From Felis catus (Eukaryota): DNA of 64,000 nucleotides. The DNA lies in assembly GCF_018350175.1 (NCBI RefSeq), contig NC_058368.1:60576001-60640000 (forward strand), in the 5' to 3' direction. The first letter of the stretch is position 1. Each line of letters begins with the position of its first letter. The notes under the pieces were generated by a model, which saw only the letters and a list, made by a program, of their open reading frames with translations, ran no database searches and was not told where the DNA came from. Positions 1 to 13,273 of this stretch are shown piece after piece. A program made the translations under genes and the position numbers.

Positions 1-1039
1 GAATTCTAGTGATCACCTTTAGCCTGAAAACTTACACCTGTGAAGCCTAACACTGACTATATTGACACAATGCCAAAAGTTAGGAGAAGGGTGAAAATTA
101 ATGAATGACACAGATTTTCCCAAATTGACCTAATGTTCATTGGTATAAACTGATGTTCTTTAAATACACTGTGAGTATCCTATGAAATATAAGATACTTT
201 ATGACCACAATTTCATTCTACTATTATGTAATTGTTATGCTATCTTAAAATGAATGCTTTGTCATTAATTAAAACTTGGATATTTTATTCTTGAATACAT
301 CCATAATGGGAAGGAAAGTTTCAGAACCCACTCTGATTTCTATCTCACCATATATCAGTGTAATTTTATCAATACAAGTTATAAATATTTTATTGCCCAT
401 TTGAATGAAAGTAGAAAGGATTTCATAGTTTCAAAGAGGTAACTTTCTCATTAAGATGTCTAGTTAAAAGTATTAAATATATTATAACATTGTAAATTAA
501 TTTAACCTAGTTGTGATAAATAAACCATGCATTTTATCACATTCACAAACTATTCGACAATAAAATTACACTTTGCCAGTACCTGAAAGTTACAAATATA
601 AAGTAATAGTTTTCTATTTGCACAGAAACAATGCTTCATTTTCTTCTAGGCTACAGAAAAGCAGCAAAAGAGATAGATCAGGGGTTGTCTGTTACTGTCT
701 CTCTTCTTGCCAGAGGGTTTTCCCTATAAAACATATTGGACCATGAATAAGAGTGCCAGAGAGGGTGAAAAGGCAGAAGTGCAGAGAATCAAGAAGTTCA
801 AGCTCTACTGGACATACTTTAACGAAGTGTAACAGAAGGAACATTCTTTCTCAGAGAAAAACAGATATTACACAGTTTAGGGTTGGGTTCCTATTATTGT
901 GTCAGTACTTAGATCTGTTATATTTTATGGGTGCTTTCTTTTAATCAGTCTTGCTCTCTTTTTTGAATATTCAAAGTATTGGTTGAACTTGGATTCAACA
1001 AATTAATTCACATGAGACAAGATGTGGAAACAACCTGGG

Positions 1040-2040
1040 CTTTCTCCCTTAGCTTTTGAGTGTCTTCCTCTACATTAAACCAAGTCTAGTGCAGCATTTC
1101 CAATTCACTTATTAGGGCCACCTTTTGGTTCATGTTTCAGACAAACAACCAAAGTAACTCCCTGAGCTGCAATATTAAAGGCAGAATCTTTGCTTACTGA
1201 GCTTATGTCAATAAATTCAACTTGCTCCAACTTTACACTCCTTCCACCATTATCCTACTCTGTTAATGTCCATTCCCACCCATCTTGCACAGATTTCTGT
1301 CTCTATAAAATATATAACTCAAGTAGTTCTTTTGGAGTATTGTGCGCAGCCTCGTGGTCCCTACTTTATACCTCATATTTACAGACCTGCTGGTATGTGA
1401 GTCTAGTTACCTAGAAGTAAAGAGGGATGTGAGGCTGTGTCCTGAGGAATACTGGGATCGTCTTTCTTGCCTGACAACTGCCTCAGGAAGCATATTACAA
1501 CCCTCAGGGAATACAGAGTAATCATCTCAGATGGGGGTGGAAAGGCTGCTCCCACTGGGGTTGGGGAGGGCTCTTCCACTGGCAAAGAAGACTCATCAGA
1601 ATTTAGGGGTTCAGTTTCTCCCATCAATATCTTCCCCATTTTCCTCATTCCATGATCCCATTCCTTCTCAAACCATGCTCTCACTTTAACAGAGGCACCC
1701 TATAAGCCCGGGAGTTTAATATACATTGTAACTCATCAAGTCACAGGATGAGATTTTGGCTTTGATTTTTCCGGAGCCCATGCCTAAAATTACAGGAGAT
1801 AAGGGCCTTCTTCAGGGTACACACAACTTTCAGATCACTTATGTCAGACTTGAGCTGGGAATGTGAATCCCTATCCTCATCCGTTTCTTTCCCCATTTTG
1901 TCCAGTGACATGAGGAACTAGACAATCTCATTATATTTATTAGTTTGCCAAAAATGTGTGAGAGTATCACCCAGCTGCTTCCTTCTCATAGGGAGTATTT
2001 TAGTCAGGGTATTTTGTCTCTCCAGTAGCCATCCTGTTTA
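1040..2040 (-). mobile_element. ERVL internal (gag-region) fragment, ERVL-B4/ERVL-E-like, decayed
   Basis: Minus-strand ORF 1403-1684 (RAWFEKEWD...EPLNSDESSLPVEEPSPTP...AFPPPSE) resembles ERVL gag VRALIGKEWD...VNSDEPFLPEE...AFPPLSE; 1040-1370 matches the ERVL WEWILRVWDNGGRNIKLDQAEFID region at DNA level; many stops and frameshifts. Confidence 0.8.
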
Positions 2041-2850
2041 CATATGAAAATACAGTCATATGCCCTCTTTTTGTATAACAACTTCCTTTCAAATGTCATT
2101 TTCAAAGACTGTAGAGATACATGAAGCCTTAAATGCAGTTTGACAAGGCCAGTAGGGGAGATAGCTCTCTCCCTGGGAAGCTTCCTTGCAAAGGCCTTTT
2201 ATCTGAACCAGTTGCCTTTTCTCATGCATTATGTGTTGTAGTGTTTCTTTGCATGGGAATAGAGCAAATTCATCATACACATGCCACCAAATATGCATCA
2301 GAACATAAAAATTTAATTTTTCTAGAGTTATGTATACATTGTCCTACAGGGACGTCTGTCAGATGCTGTGTTCATTCAGCAGGAGAGTTGTGATATTGCA
2401 GGGGAGCAAGAGTTCAACCGTCTGTAAGTAAGAGGTTAGAGACAAGCTTAACATGAATGAAAGCCAAAGAGTTTCTTGTATTTGCTGGAAGTCATTATGA
2501 CTTTGACTCATCAATACAAAAAAAAAAAAAAAAAAAGAAAGAAAAAGGCAATGCCAGTGCAGTAATCGATTCACTTTAAAAGTTGCCCATATAAAAAAAG
2601 CCCCAAAGTTAACAAGGGATAACAGTGGGTGTTTTAAAAAATATATGAGACACTCTGTACCCTGAAGTATTAGCTCTGACTGTCATCATTTAGTATTAAC
2701 AGTTCTTAATTCTTTCAACTACACTGCCAGAATATACAAAGTAAGCTGCAAATACTAGTTTAGGTTGTCAAACCAAAGCATTATAAAAATCCTCAGGTAT
2801 AAACTAATATTCTATTTTTAGCTGTGCATTCAAAAACAAAATGAAATGAT

Positions 2851-3471
2851 GTTTCCTTCACTGTGCAAAAGCTTTTTATTTGATGTAGTCCCAACAGTTT
2901 ATTTTTGTTTTTGTTTCCTTTGCCTTAGGAGACATATCTAGAAAACTATGTTGCTATGGCTGATGTCAAAGAAATTACTGCCTATGTTCTCTTCTAGGAT
3001 TTTTATGGTTTCAGATTTCCCTGTAAGTCTTTAATCCATTTGGAGTTTATTTTCCTGTATTGTGTTAGAAAGTGGTCCAGTTTCATTCTTTTTTGCATGT
3101 AGCCGTCCAGTTTTCCAGCACCATTTATTGAAGAGAATATCTTTACCTCATTGTATATTCTTGCCTGTTTTCTCATAGATTAATTGACCATATAAGCATG
3201 TGTTTATTTCTGGGCTCTCTATTCTATTCCAGTGATCTCTGTGTCTATTTTTGTGTCAGTACCATACTGTTTTGCTTACCACAGCTTTGCAGTTATGTTG
3301 AAATCTGGAATTGTGATACCTCTAGCTTTCTTCCTTCTCAAGATTGCATTGGCTGGTCAGGGTCTTTTGTGAATATATACAAATTTTAGGATGATTTGTT
3401 GTTCTGTGAAAAATGTTGCTGGTATTTTGATAGGGATTGCATTAAATCTATAGAGGGCTTTGAGTAGTATA
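2851..3471 (-). mobile_element. LINE-1 ORF2 segment, inverted 5' part of a twin-primed L1
   Basis: Reverse complement of L1 ORF2 (ORF 3357-3629 contains [20 protein letters not shown], cf. L1 [15 protein letters not shown]). Confidence 0.92.
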
Positions 3472-3587
3472 GAAACTGTCAACAAAACAAAAAGGTAAGC
3501 TATTGAATGAAAAAACGTATTTGCAAATGATATGTCTAATAAGAGATTAATATCCAAAATATATAAAGAATTTATACCACTCAACAT

Positions 3588-3588
<1 letters not shown>

Positions 3589-3628
<40 letters not shown>
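3589..3628 (+). repeat. (CA)n microsatellite within L1
   Basis: About 20 CA units seen directly. Confidence 0.97.
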
Positions 3629-3632
<4 letters not shown>

Positions 3633-4315
3633 AAAACAAAAGCAATCTGATTAAAAATGTGCAGAGGACCAACAGACACATGAAAAGATGCTCAACATCA
3701 CTCATCATCAAGGAAATACAAATCAAAACCACAATTAGATATCACTTCACACCTGGCAGAATGGCTAAAATAATTTTAAAAGATAAAAAAAAAACAAAAG
3801 CAAAAAACAGAAGAAAACAAGGAATAACAAGTGTTGGTGAGGGTGTACAGAAAAAGAACTCTTATGCACTATTGGGAATGTAAATTGGTATAGCCACTGT
3901 ATAAAACAGTATAAGGTCCCTCAAAAAATTAAAAATAGAAACACCATATGATCCCACAATCCTAATATTGGGTTATTTACCCAAAGAAAATAAAAACTAA
4001 TTCAAAAAGATACATGAACCCCTATGTTTATTGCAGCATCATTTACAACAGCCAAGATGTGGAAGCAAACTAAATGTCCATCAATAGATGAAGGGATAAA
4101 GAAGATATGGTATATATACACAATGGAATATTATACAACCATAAAAGGATGAAAACTTGCCATTTGTGACAACTTGGGTGGATCGAGAAGGTATTATGCT
4201 AAATGAAATAAATCAGACTGAGAAAAACAAATATTATATGATTCCACTCACATGTGGAATCTAAAATAACAAAACAAATAAATAAGCAAACCAACATAAA
4301 GCATTATCAGACCTT

Positions 4316-4551
4316 GGACACCTGGGTGTCTCAGTGGGTTAAGTGGCTGACTCTAGATTTCGGCTCAGGTCTTGACCTCATGGTTTGTGGGACCAAACCC
4401 CACATTGGGCTCCACGCTGACAGCAGCACAGAACCTGCTTGGGATTCTCTCTCTTCATCTCTCTGCCCCTCCCCTGCTCATGCATGCATTCTCTTGCTCT
4501 CTGTACCTCTGTCTCTCTCTCAAAATAAATAAATAAACTTAAAAAAAAAAA
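4316..4551 (+). mobile_element. Can-SINE (feliform, older subfamily) inserted in L1 3'UTR
   Basis: ggacacctgggtgtctcag head, (CT)n region, aataaa/poly-A tail, TSD atcagacct (4306-4314 / 4556-4564). Confidence 0.95.
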
Positions 4552-5044
4552 CAGAATCAGACCTATAAATAAAACAAACTGAAGGCTGCGAGAGGAAAGG
4601 TGGGGGGTTTGACAAAATGGGGGAAGGAGAATGGGAGATGCAGACTTCCAGTTATGGAATTGATAAGTCCTGGGAATAAAAGTCACAGCATAGGGAATAT
4701 AATTAATGATATTATAAGAGCATGTACAGTGACAAATTATAGCTACACTTGTAGTGAACATAGCAAAATGTGTAGAGATGTTGTATACCTGAAAATAATA
4801 TAACAATGTGTGTCAACTATATTAAATATTTTTTTTAAAACTCAAAAACAAAATAAAATGAATACACTAGAGATAGTAGAAAAATAATCCATTTGTATAC
4901 AGAAGAAATCAAATAAGGTAATGACCCAAATTACAGAATATTTTGATTTTGCAGGAAGTTTTTTTAAAATACTGTACATGGAAGTGCATATTGGTACAAT
5001 CTTTCTGGAAAACAAACTGGCATTTTGTTTCCAAAAATTGACAA

Positions 5045-5145
5045 GTACAGCTGAAACTAACATAACATTGTATGTTAGCTGCACTGGAATTAAAATTTAA
5101 AAATTAATAAAAAGTAGATTTAAAAAATAAAAAAATAAAAGTAAA
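5045..5145 (+). mobile_element. Extremely 5'-truncated carnivore L1 3' end
   Basis: gtacagctgaaactaacataacattgtatgttagct..tggaattaaaa plus A-rich tail; degenerate flanks aaaaattgacaa / aaaaacggacaa. Confidence 0.65.
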
Positions 5146-6794
5146 AAACGGACAAAATGTAATATTTTTCTCTAAATCATTTAAATTCTCAAAATTTACT
5201 GTAAGGGAATAATTAGGATTATATTCAAATTTTAATGGATGATGATGTTCTTCCCAGAATTATGCATAATAACAGAGATGGAGAACTAATATAAATGTCA
5301 AAAAGTAGAGAAATGTTTGACTAAATGTTATAATGATTATATAAATGACTATCAGGCAAACATATTAGATTTCTAAGAATATTTAATAAAATAGGGAACA
5401 TAATAATAGGAAAAAAGATTTGACAGTGACATTTTGAAAATTAATATTCTAATACCTGCATACATTGTACATATAAATGAGCTTCCATGTCTATTTCTGT
5501 ATAGTTGGATCATTAATAAGTTCAAATTTCTTTACGTTTTCCATATTTTCCAAATTTCTATAATGGCATGTATTACCGTTAGGAATCATAAACATGTGGA
5601 GATTGCCAGAACACTTGTACATGTTCACATGATCATGAGGTGGATCTAGTACTCATAAGAATGACTCCAAGATGCAACTAACCTGAGATATCAATTCAAG
5701 TCCACCAACTTCCAGACAAATATCTAAGAAACATAAATTCTAATCACTATTCTTTAGTGTTGGTCCTTTTAAAGGAAACATAAGATGTTCTTCTACTTGT
5801 TACCTTGTTACAATTCCTTATTTTCACCATCAAATAACCTCAAGTTTTGAACAGATTACACTATTGAAGATTTAATCAGCTATATGTTCATGCACTGTTC
5901 TTTAAGTAACACAAACCATCAAATTCTGGACACTAACACTATCAAATTTGGACAGATCCTGGACTTCCTATAACACCTCAAAGCAAACACTTGATTTATT
6001 CCGGTTCCCTTGAAAACATTTGATTTATTCTGGTGTCATTCAAAAGGAGAACACTTAGTTTAGGTAATACAGATTGAAAAATGGTCCCAATGTATTATAC
6101 CATCAGAATAATTATAATTTGGTCATGTTTTTATAAGGATAGAGTAAATGAGTATTAAAATCAATCTGAGGTAGGATCATTAAACCTAAAATTGGAACTC
6201 AAAGTGAGGTAAAAGCTGATACATTTTGAGATAATAGAAATATGATTACATGGGAAATCAGCTTTATTAGTTCTGATTCATTCCTGGAATGACATTTTCA
6301 ATGTCTTGTATAGTAATGTAAATATTTCTAGTATAATCACTTTTAGGGTGGTGACTAAGAGGCAAAGAGTATGTAACATAATGAAATACACATGTGTATG
6401 TGTGTATACACACACATATCTTAGGTATTATTGTATCATTCTGGATAACACTGTATTATTCCAGATAATATTATATTATTCTAGATAACATGGCTAATAA
6501 TTATTGTATTTTTCTGTCTGGATAACATTTATTATACTGAATAGCATATGTAGAAAGAGAAGTTTTTATCAGAAAAACATATTGACTATAATTGTTAGTA
6601 ACCATGCTTTCTTTATATTTAATAATATAAAATAACATTGGGTTCTTATTTTTAATTAGATAAAAGTAGATAGTACAGGATGAAATTTCATCAACATTGT
6701 GTTGATTATATTTAAACTACTTAAGAAAAGTGCTTTTTTTTTTCCTTTTTTAAGGGGTAAATATATGTTTGTGCATTTGTATGTTGTATGTGTA

Positions 6795-6796
<2 letters not shown>

Positions 6797-6829
<33 letters not shown>
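6797..6829 (+). repeat. (TG)n microsatellite
   Basis: Seen directly. Confidence 0.97.
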
Positions 6830-6831
<2 letters not shown>

Positions 6832-6883
6832 CACAATGAGGGATAGGACACTAAATTACAGTCAGTAATTCAGTTACCATTGC

Positions 6884-7475
6884 TGTTATGTCCTTTCACT
6901 CTCCAAACTCATATGTTAAAAAACTAATTCCAAAGTGATAGTATTTGGAAGTGGGCCTTTGGGAAGTAATTAGGTTATGAGGGTGGCGTCCTAACAAAAG
7001 AGTTGTGTCCTTAAAAGAGGCCATAGAGGGGCACCTTGGTGTCTCAGTCAGTTGAACGTCTTTGACTCTTGATTTCTGCTCAGGTCGTGATCCCATGGTT
7101 CATAAGTTCAAGCCCTGCATTAGGCTCTGTGCTGACAGTGTGAGCCTGCTTGGGATTCTCTCTTTCCTCCTCTCTCTCTGCCCTTCCCCCACTTGCTCTC
7201 TCTCTTTCTCTCTCTTAAAATAAAATAAAATAAAATAAAATAAAATAAAATAAAATAGTGGCTAAAGAGACCAGAGTTCTCTGGTCTTTCTACTCTCTAC
7301 CATGTAAGGGCACAACAAGGGGCTATGAACCAAGAGGTGAGTCCTTACCAGACAACAATTTGCCAATACCTTGATCTTGGACTTCTTAGTCCCCACAACT
7401 GGGAGAAATTAATTTCTGTTATTTATAAGCCACCCAGTCTGTGGAATTGTACAGCAGCCCAAACAGATTAAGATA
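6884..7475 (+). mobile_element. MaLR solo LTR (MLT1A-like), interrupted by a SINE
   Basis: MLT1-type motifs gtatttggaagtgggcctttgggaagtaattagg and ccttgatcttggacttc...aatttctgttatttataagccacccagtctgtgg; 5-bp flanks attgc / gttgc. Confidence 0.85.
7028..7256 (+). mobile_element. Can-SINE with (TAAAA)n tail
   Basis: SINEC head, CT-rich body, about 8 copies of taaaa in the tail. Confidence 0.95.
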
Positions 7476-8141
7476 GTTGCTCATTATAATAGTCATTCTC
7501 AAAGTGGGAGATAGCATAGGAAGTTGTATCAAATCTCCAGTGGGCAAGAGAGTTCATTTGAAAACCCAAAAACATTTAAAATCATTTTAATACATCATAT
7601 ATAAATATATTCTCTTGCCATTGGAGAATGGTGTTTTAAATAGAAAATCTAAACTTCTGAGAAAGAAGAAAACAGGTTATTTTTAGACTGATATTTAATA
7701 TATGGTTGTATTTTAAATACACATACAAATATAAAACAATAAAATTATATTTAGAAATTAATATACTTTTTCTATTTAATGTAAGTAAAATAAAGTATTT
7801 AGTTTTCTTTATATTTTTACTGTGATTATATATGTATATATGTATGTATTACATATGCACCTATATAATAAACACACATTGACACAGACAAACTCAGAGA
7901 CATAGAATGAAAGAGAAAGGCAGAGAGTCAGAAGGTAGATAGTAAGAGAAAAGATACAAATAAAGACAGAAAAAAAATGTTTCTTTTTATTGAATAAATA
8001 AGAAGGTAGACCTTCTTTTTTAGTCTTCAATATTCATATATTTATTCATTCACTCACTTGTTCATTAGTTTATGATTAATTTCATAGTTAGTGATGACTT
8101 AGGCTTTGGAAATAAAATGATGAATAAAATTTTATTTTTAT

Positions 8142-8380
8142 TTATTTATTTTTTAAATTATTTTTATAAATGTTTATTTATTTATTTTGAGAAGGAAAAG
8201 GCACAAGAGAGCACACATGAGCTGGGAAGGGGCAGAGAGAGAGAGAGGGAGAACCCCAAGCAGGCTCTGCACTGCCAGCACAGAGCCCGACTTGGGGCTT
8301 GATCCCTCCAACCACGAGATCATGACCTGAGACAAAATCAAGAGCCAGCTGCTTAATCGACTGAGCCACCCAGGTGCCCC
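8142..8380 (-). mobile_element. Can-SINE
   Basis: Ends ctgagccacccaggtgcccc; TSD taaaattttattttta (8125-8140 / 8381-8396). Confidence 0.96.
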
Positions 8381-8775
8381 TAAAATTTTATTTTTATAAT
8401 CAAGATACCAGTTATAATTCTGAAAATCAATGAACAAATTAACATTTCAAATACTGACTGATGATTTAAATTCTCCAAACAAACAATAGCTCACAATTTA
8501 AGTATTATTTAAGTATTATTAACTTACATTTAATATTCTATACATATATATGTATGCAAATATATCTAAAGTTAAACATAATTTTATATCTATTTTGTCA
8601 ATTATGATTGTCATATTTTTCTTAAGTTTACAAATAGGACTTTCATATATACCTTTGGTTAAGTGTAGGAATAAATAATCATTTCAGTTTGTTCAAAGAA
8701 ACATTAGAAGTATAAAAAAGCTAACCCAAGGCAGAAAACCATTTGAAAAGATCACAAAATTATATTACTTACCAG

Positions 8776-9648
8776 TGATAGTTATCAATTTATTACCGCT
8801 CAGCTCCAAATCTAGATTTGATTGCTTATTCTGCAAAAGTGAGGCTGAGCAGCTTTTCTCATCTGGCATGGTATTAAGCTTTTTCAGAAGAGGATGCTGT
8901 AGCAACGTTGCAGGACCATCTTTTCTGGTTCCAGCGTGCTCGCCTCCATAGGCTTCTTCAGCTGGAGATCTTTCTAGTGCGCGGCTCCTGCACTGCAGTT
9001 GGCTTTCCCAGCTATTTGGCGTTCCCAGCTCCAGGCTTCTGAAGTGGACAGTAGTCCTTCAACATAGACTGCTGAAATATGCACAGTTTCTCCAGCATGA
9101 GGCTCCTGAGGAGTGAATTCCTTGTTCAAAGTTCAACAGCCATAGCAAGCATGATTTCTCAGGTGCTGGGTTCAGGCAGAACAGGCAGTTTCTCCAGAGC
9201 CTGCTTCCTTCAGTGTGCAAGGACTCCGGCAGTGCCATGGCTTCTCCCACATGCAGGCCTTCTAGTACAGGGGGCTCGGCAAAAACAGATTCCCCTGATA
9301 CTCTCCTTTGGGCGGTTTCATAGTAAAGTGCCAGCAGTGAAACACATCCCCATGAATGGCTTTCTCTGGCACCTAGAGGGTGGATTTCCTGCAAGTTCTG
9401 TCAGTGTAGATCAAAGACCTGGGGCATGGTGGGTAGACTTTTCTTTGAGTGTTCCAGCCCAGCCCCAGGTATAAGTGGCCACATCTTATACCTCTGCTCC
9501 CATATTCTTCAGAATTCTCTTTACTTCTCTCTACTTTTCACTAGCCAATAACTCCTTATTTCCATTTCTTGTTAATCATTCTTTATATTAAACTTTTCCT
9601 TGTTCAAATAACTCTGTGGTTTCTCTCCCTTCAACTCTAACAGATACA
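8776..9648 (+). mobile_element. ERVL solo LTR, LTR41-like
   Basis: 5' tgatagttatcaatttattaccgctcagctccaaat and 3' tatattaaacttttccttgttcaaataactctgtggtttctctc...gataca resemble LTR41/LTR33 termini; GC-richer than flanks; explains ORFs 9059 and 9079. Confidence 0.7.
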
Positions 9649-9809
9649 CTAGTGAATAATTACATTGACTACAATAACCAGACTAAAATGTTGAGCTGGT
9701 AAACACCTAGTTGTTAATTTTATTTTTTTCATATAAGTCATGACTGAATTGGTCATGAAACACTGAGCATGATACAATCAATTCCTTGTGTCACATTTTT
9801 TATAAGATT

Positions 9810-10195
9810 ATTGACAAACTAAGTAAGTCTCTAGAATGGTGGTCAGAATGATGATACATCTCAAACAATGATATATGTTTATATGAACTAAGACTCTTTC
9901 ACTGGATAATTTAGAAGGAGATATCTATCTTTAAATATTTGAAGGTTTTTATGCAACCAAAAAATTAGATTTGCTGTATAATCAGTTGAAAAAGTGAGTA
10001 TAATTTATAAGAAGACAAATGTAAGGAAGGACTCTTAACAATTGGCTGGGTTAAAATGGGCTAATAATTTCTCTGTCACCAGAACTGTTTAAATTAAGCT
10101 CAGGTGCCTGCTTTTCTTAGATATTAGTGAAGGATAATTTGCATCATGAAATAGATGCCCTCTACAATCATTTTCAGCTTTGAAAGTCATGCATC
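9810..10195 (+). mobile_element. L3/CR1 LINE 3' fragment, ancient
   Basis: tctttaaatatttgaagg, gtaaggaaggactcttaac and tagatgccctctacaatcattttcagctttga resemble the L3 3' end. Confidence 0.6.
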
Positions 10196-11634
10196 TATGT
10201 ATCTCTGACCATAATGTGATTAATAACTATGTTATCTAAAATGGTTTCTGAAGGGTTTTATCTCTATCTTTCAAGAAGTTTGTGTATTATTTTGCAATCT
10301 TAATTAACATTTATATATCTCTTGTGGTCATAGATTTACGTAGGTCAGTGATGAAAAAGGACTGTGTTTACTCAAATGTAGTTTTATTAACTGAAGTTAC
10401 TTCACCTGAATAGCAACAACATTAAAACCAGAACAACAACAACAACAAAAAACATATAGGATTGTATAATAGGATTTTGTTCCATAAATGCAAAGCTTCT
10501 CTCTCTCCTCAAATATTATGATTTCCATAAAATCTCATATATGCAATTATTTTTCTTTAATTACTCTACATTATTCTGTTAACTTCATTGGAAAAGTAGG
10601 CCCTGATGTGGCTCATGAGACATATAAACTATTAAAGTGTTAGCTACCAATTCAAGCACAAGAGTGTTTGACTAAACTTTAGAAGTAATTTAAGGATACT
10701 GAATAAAATGAACTAAGTTGGCATGTGTCCCAAGTGCTGGAGTGCCATGACAGCTTCAATGAACACCATCAGTCAGGAATCTGATCTCACTTTTCATCCT
10801 TGCCACTTGTACCATTTTGAATCCTTATATTATTCTTGGGTATTGATGCATTTCTAACTTTTATGGAAATGCACTATCTTACAATTCGTCAACACCATAA
10901 TGCATTGCCCTAAAATGTCCCTTAAGTCTTTCTTATTTAATGTAAAATTCAGAGGTTTAGCACTTTTTCAGTTTTATGTATGTGTTTCATTAAGTCTATC
11001 TATACTCAACTAAGTAGGTAGAAACATCTGAATTTACTTGTCAAGTTGTTCAATATCGATAGCCAGTTTCATGAGTCAGGGCCCACAAAATATTTCTAAA
11101 CTGTATTACATGAATATATGCATATTTATTTAATATCTGTTATAGGTTGAGTTTTATTAAGTAATGATTATACAAACGTCAAGATAATGTTTGTTGTCTT
11201 TTCCCAGATGAAATATCTCACCTAGTTTGAAAAATTGACTTGAAAGCCTGAATAATGGGAAAATAGTAGTAGAAGAGTTCTGTTGAATTCATTGTGGCTT
11301 AAAAAGAAACATAAATATGGCCAGTGTCAGTAAGCCAGTGTGCCATTTATGCAGACTTTATATAGGTTACCAGGAAATGAAAAGGTGACACAGAACTTTA
11401 TGGATAAACTACTATGCCCACAAAAAGTATGGTTACCTTTCATGTGGAATGGTTGGAGTGTGAGGTAGAAATGAGGAAGTGAGATGAAATGAATTCGGGA
11501 AGGTAGCAGATTTTGGGGATGAAGCATCATCCACCCTGAAAAATACCTGACACTATTAATTTTCCTTGCCTTTACACAAGGACAAACTAGTATTTTATTT
11601 ATGCTAAAAAAAATCAAGTCATTTCTTTACCTTT

Positions 11635-12008
11635 GTGTGTGTCATAATCAGGAAACAGATGGCACACCCAAATTGAACAATTTGAAGAGCATTCAATAAA
11701 GAGACTATTTAAAGTTGAAGATAAGGTGTAAATAGAGACAGTGTCATACCCTGAGTCCAGTAGGGGTAAGCATGACACCATCCAGTGAGGCCCACAGTAA
11801 GGCCTAGGGATAAATCTGGGGAATGAATAACGCAAACTCTCCCTCCATCCTTCCACTTATTTCATAAAAGTGCTACTCATCTATCAAACCCAAAAGGAAA
11901 CTGAAGAACCAAAGAGTCTATCGACCATAATAGTTTGCTTCTAGCGCATAGAGTGAGGTGGAAGATGGTGGAGAGTGATCTGGAGGCACAAAAGAAGATC
12001 CAGTGCAC
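11635..12008 (-). mobile_element. ERVL solo LTR (LTR33/LTR67B group)
   Basis: caggaaacagatggcacacccaaattg...caataaagagactattta and ggtggagagtgatctggaggcacaaaagaagatccagtgcac are reverse complements of this LTR group's termini. Confidence 0.65.
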
Positions 12009-12109
12009 TATTTTAAGTGACATTAAAATCAACAGGAACTTTTAAGTTTGCCTTCTCAATTTCTCTATTACCTCTGTATAAATATATATGGAGATTTAAA
12101 AATCTGAAT

Positions 12110-12735
12110 TTTAATCTACACATAAATGGGGTTCCTTGGAGGTTTATTGGAAACACAATGACATGTGCAGATTTGTATTTTAAAGTCAGCGTTCATAACC
12201 TTTCTAATGTGGAGGCTGGATGAGGAGACAAATCCACTGGTCATCAATAGTCCATGCAAATGGAAATAAGCACAGGAGTTACACGAGTAGCACGGAGAAT
12301 AGCAAGGAAAGAATAGAAGATTATCAAGAGGTAAGCCAAAAAGTGTTTGCTAAACAGTTTTGTGTCTGCCTCTGAGTGAGAGTATGTCTGTGGGAGGGGT
12401 GATGGTGTTAGTAAGCTATGAAATTAAAATTGATTTCAAGAATCCATTTTAGAGTTCTTGGTCATGACATTGACCTAAATACCTAGGGAAAGAAATGCAT
12501 TTAGTTCTTGGGGAGATAAAAGTAAATTCAGTTAGGATGATGAAATAGAGAAGGCTAAGAAATGTACAGATTGTAATTAGTGATAAGAGGTCAGAAGTAT
12601 GTGTATAAAGCTCAAAATAGTGGTTTGAATTAGAGATATAAATTGAAGTTGAAACCATAAAAATGGATAAGATTGCCCAGGGAGATCAATTGTAAAGAGA
12701 CAAGGGTCATTATTGAGTCATCCATATTTTCAAAT
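12110..12735 (-). mobile_element. L2 LINE fragment
   Basis: Purine-rich L2-antisense motifs, e.g. gaagttgaaaccataaaaatggataagattgcccagggag. Confidence 0.55.
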
Positions 12736-13055
12736 TTACTAGACACACACACACAAAGAAAGAAAAGACATAATGATTTAAGAGAAAGAAACATAAAATT
12801 TTCATTATTCTCAGATGACACAATTATCCAGTCAGGAAATCCTAAAATTGCTAGAAGGAAAAGAAGACCTATTAGATTTAATAAGTCAGTTTAATAATGT
12901 TGCAGAACTCAAAATAAATTATATAACTGTATGGTAGGAATAAAAATTTGGAAAATGAAATTTAAAGAATACCTTTTCAAAAAGCATCCAAAGACATAGA
13001 TACTTGGGATTATATTTTATGAAAGTTGTCCAAGATTTTTACATTAAAAGCTATT

Positions 13056-13273
13056 GGGTGCCTGGGTGGTTCAGTCAATTAAGCATCTGACTTCAACAGA
13101 AGTCATGATCTCACAGTTCGTGGGTTCAAGCCCCACGTCAGGCTCTGTGCTGATGGTTCAGAGCTTGGAACCTGCTTCAGATTCTATGTCTCCCTTTCTC
13201 TCTGCCACTCACCCCACTCACACTCTGTCTCTCTCTATCAAAAATGAATAAACATTAAAAATTAAGAAAAAAA
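13056..13273 (+). mobile_element. Can-SINE (SINEC_Fc-like)
   Basis: Head, body and tail present; TSD taaaagctat (13045-13054 / 13274-13283). Confidence 0.96.

Larger units (their letters stand above)
3472..4840 (+). mobile_element. LINE-1 (carnivore L1_Carn-like) 3' part: ORF2 C-terminus plus 3'UTR, interrupted by (CA)n and a SINE
   Basis: ORF 3659 [28 protein letters not shown] matches the L1 ORF2 C-terminus; 3'UTR ends ...tacctgaaaataatataacaatgtgtgtcaactat; TSD copies at 2830-2849 and 4842-4861. Confidence 0.92.

Noticed and set aside
540..600. Minus-strand acceptor ctttcag|GTACTGGC as a terminal exon
   Set aside because: All frames stop within 13 codons, the peptides are unrecognised and there is no supporting upstream exon
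1403..1684. Proline-rich ORF as a cellular or domesticated gene
   Set aside because: It is a frameshifted remnant of ERVL gag with no long open frame
2518..2546. Poly-A tract as the tail of a processed pseudogene
   Set aside because: No upstream ORF or homology, and no flanking TSD seen
9059..9474. Overlapping 111/131-aa ORFs in GC-richer sequence
   Set aside because: They lie within an LTR41-like solo LTR and show no recognisable protein features
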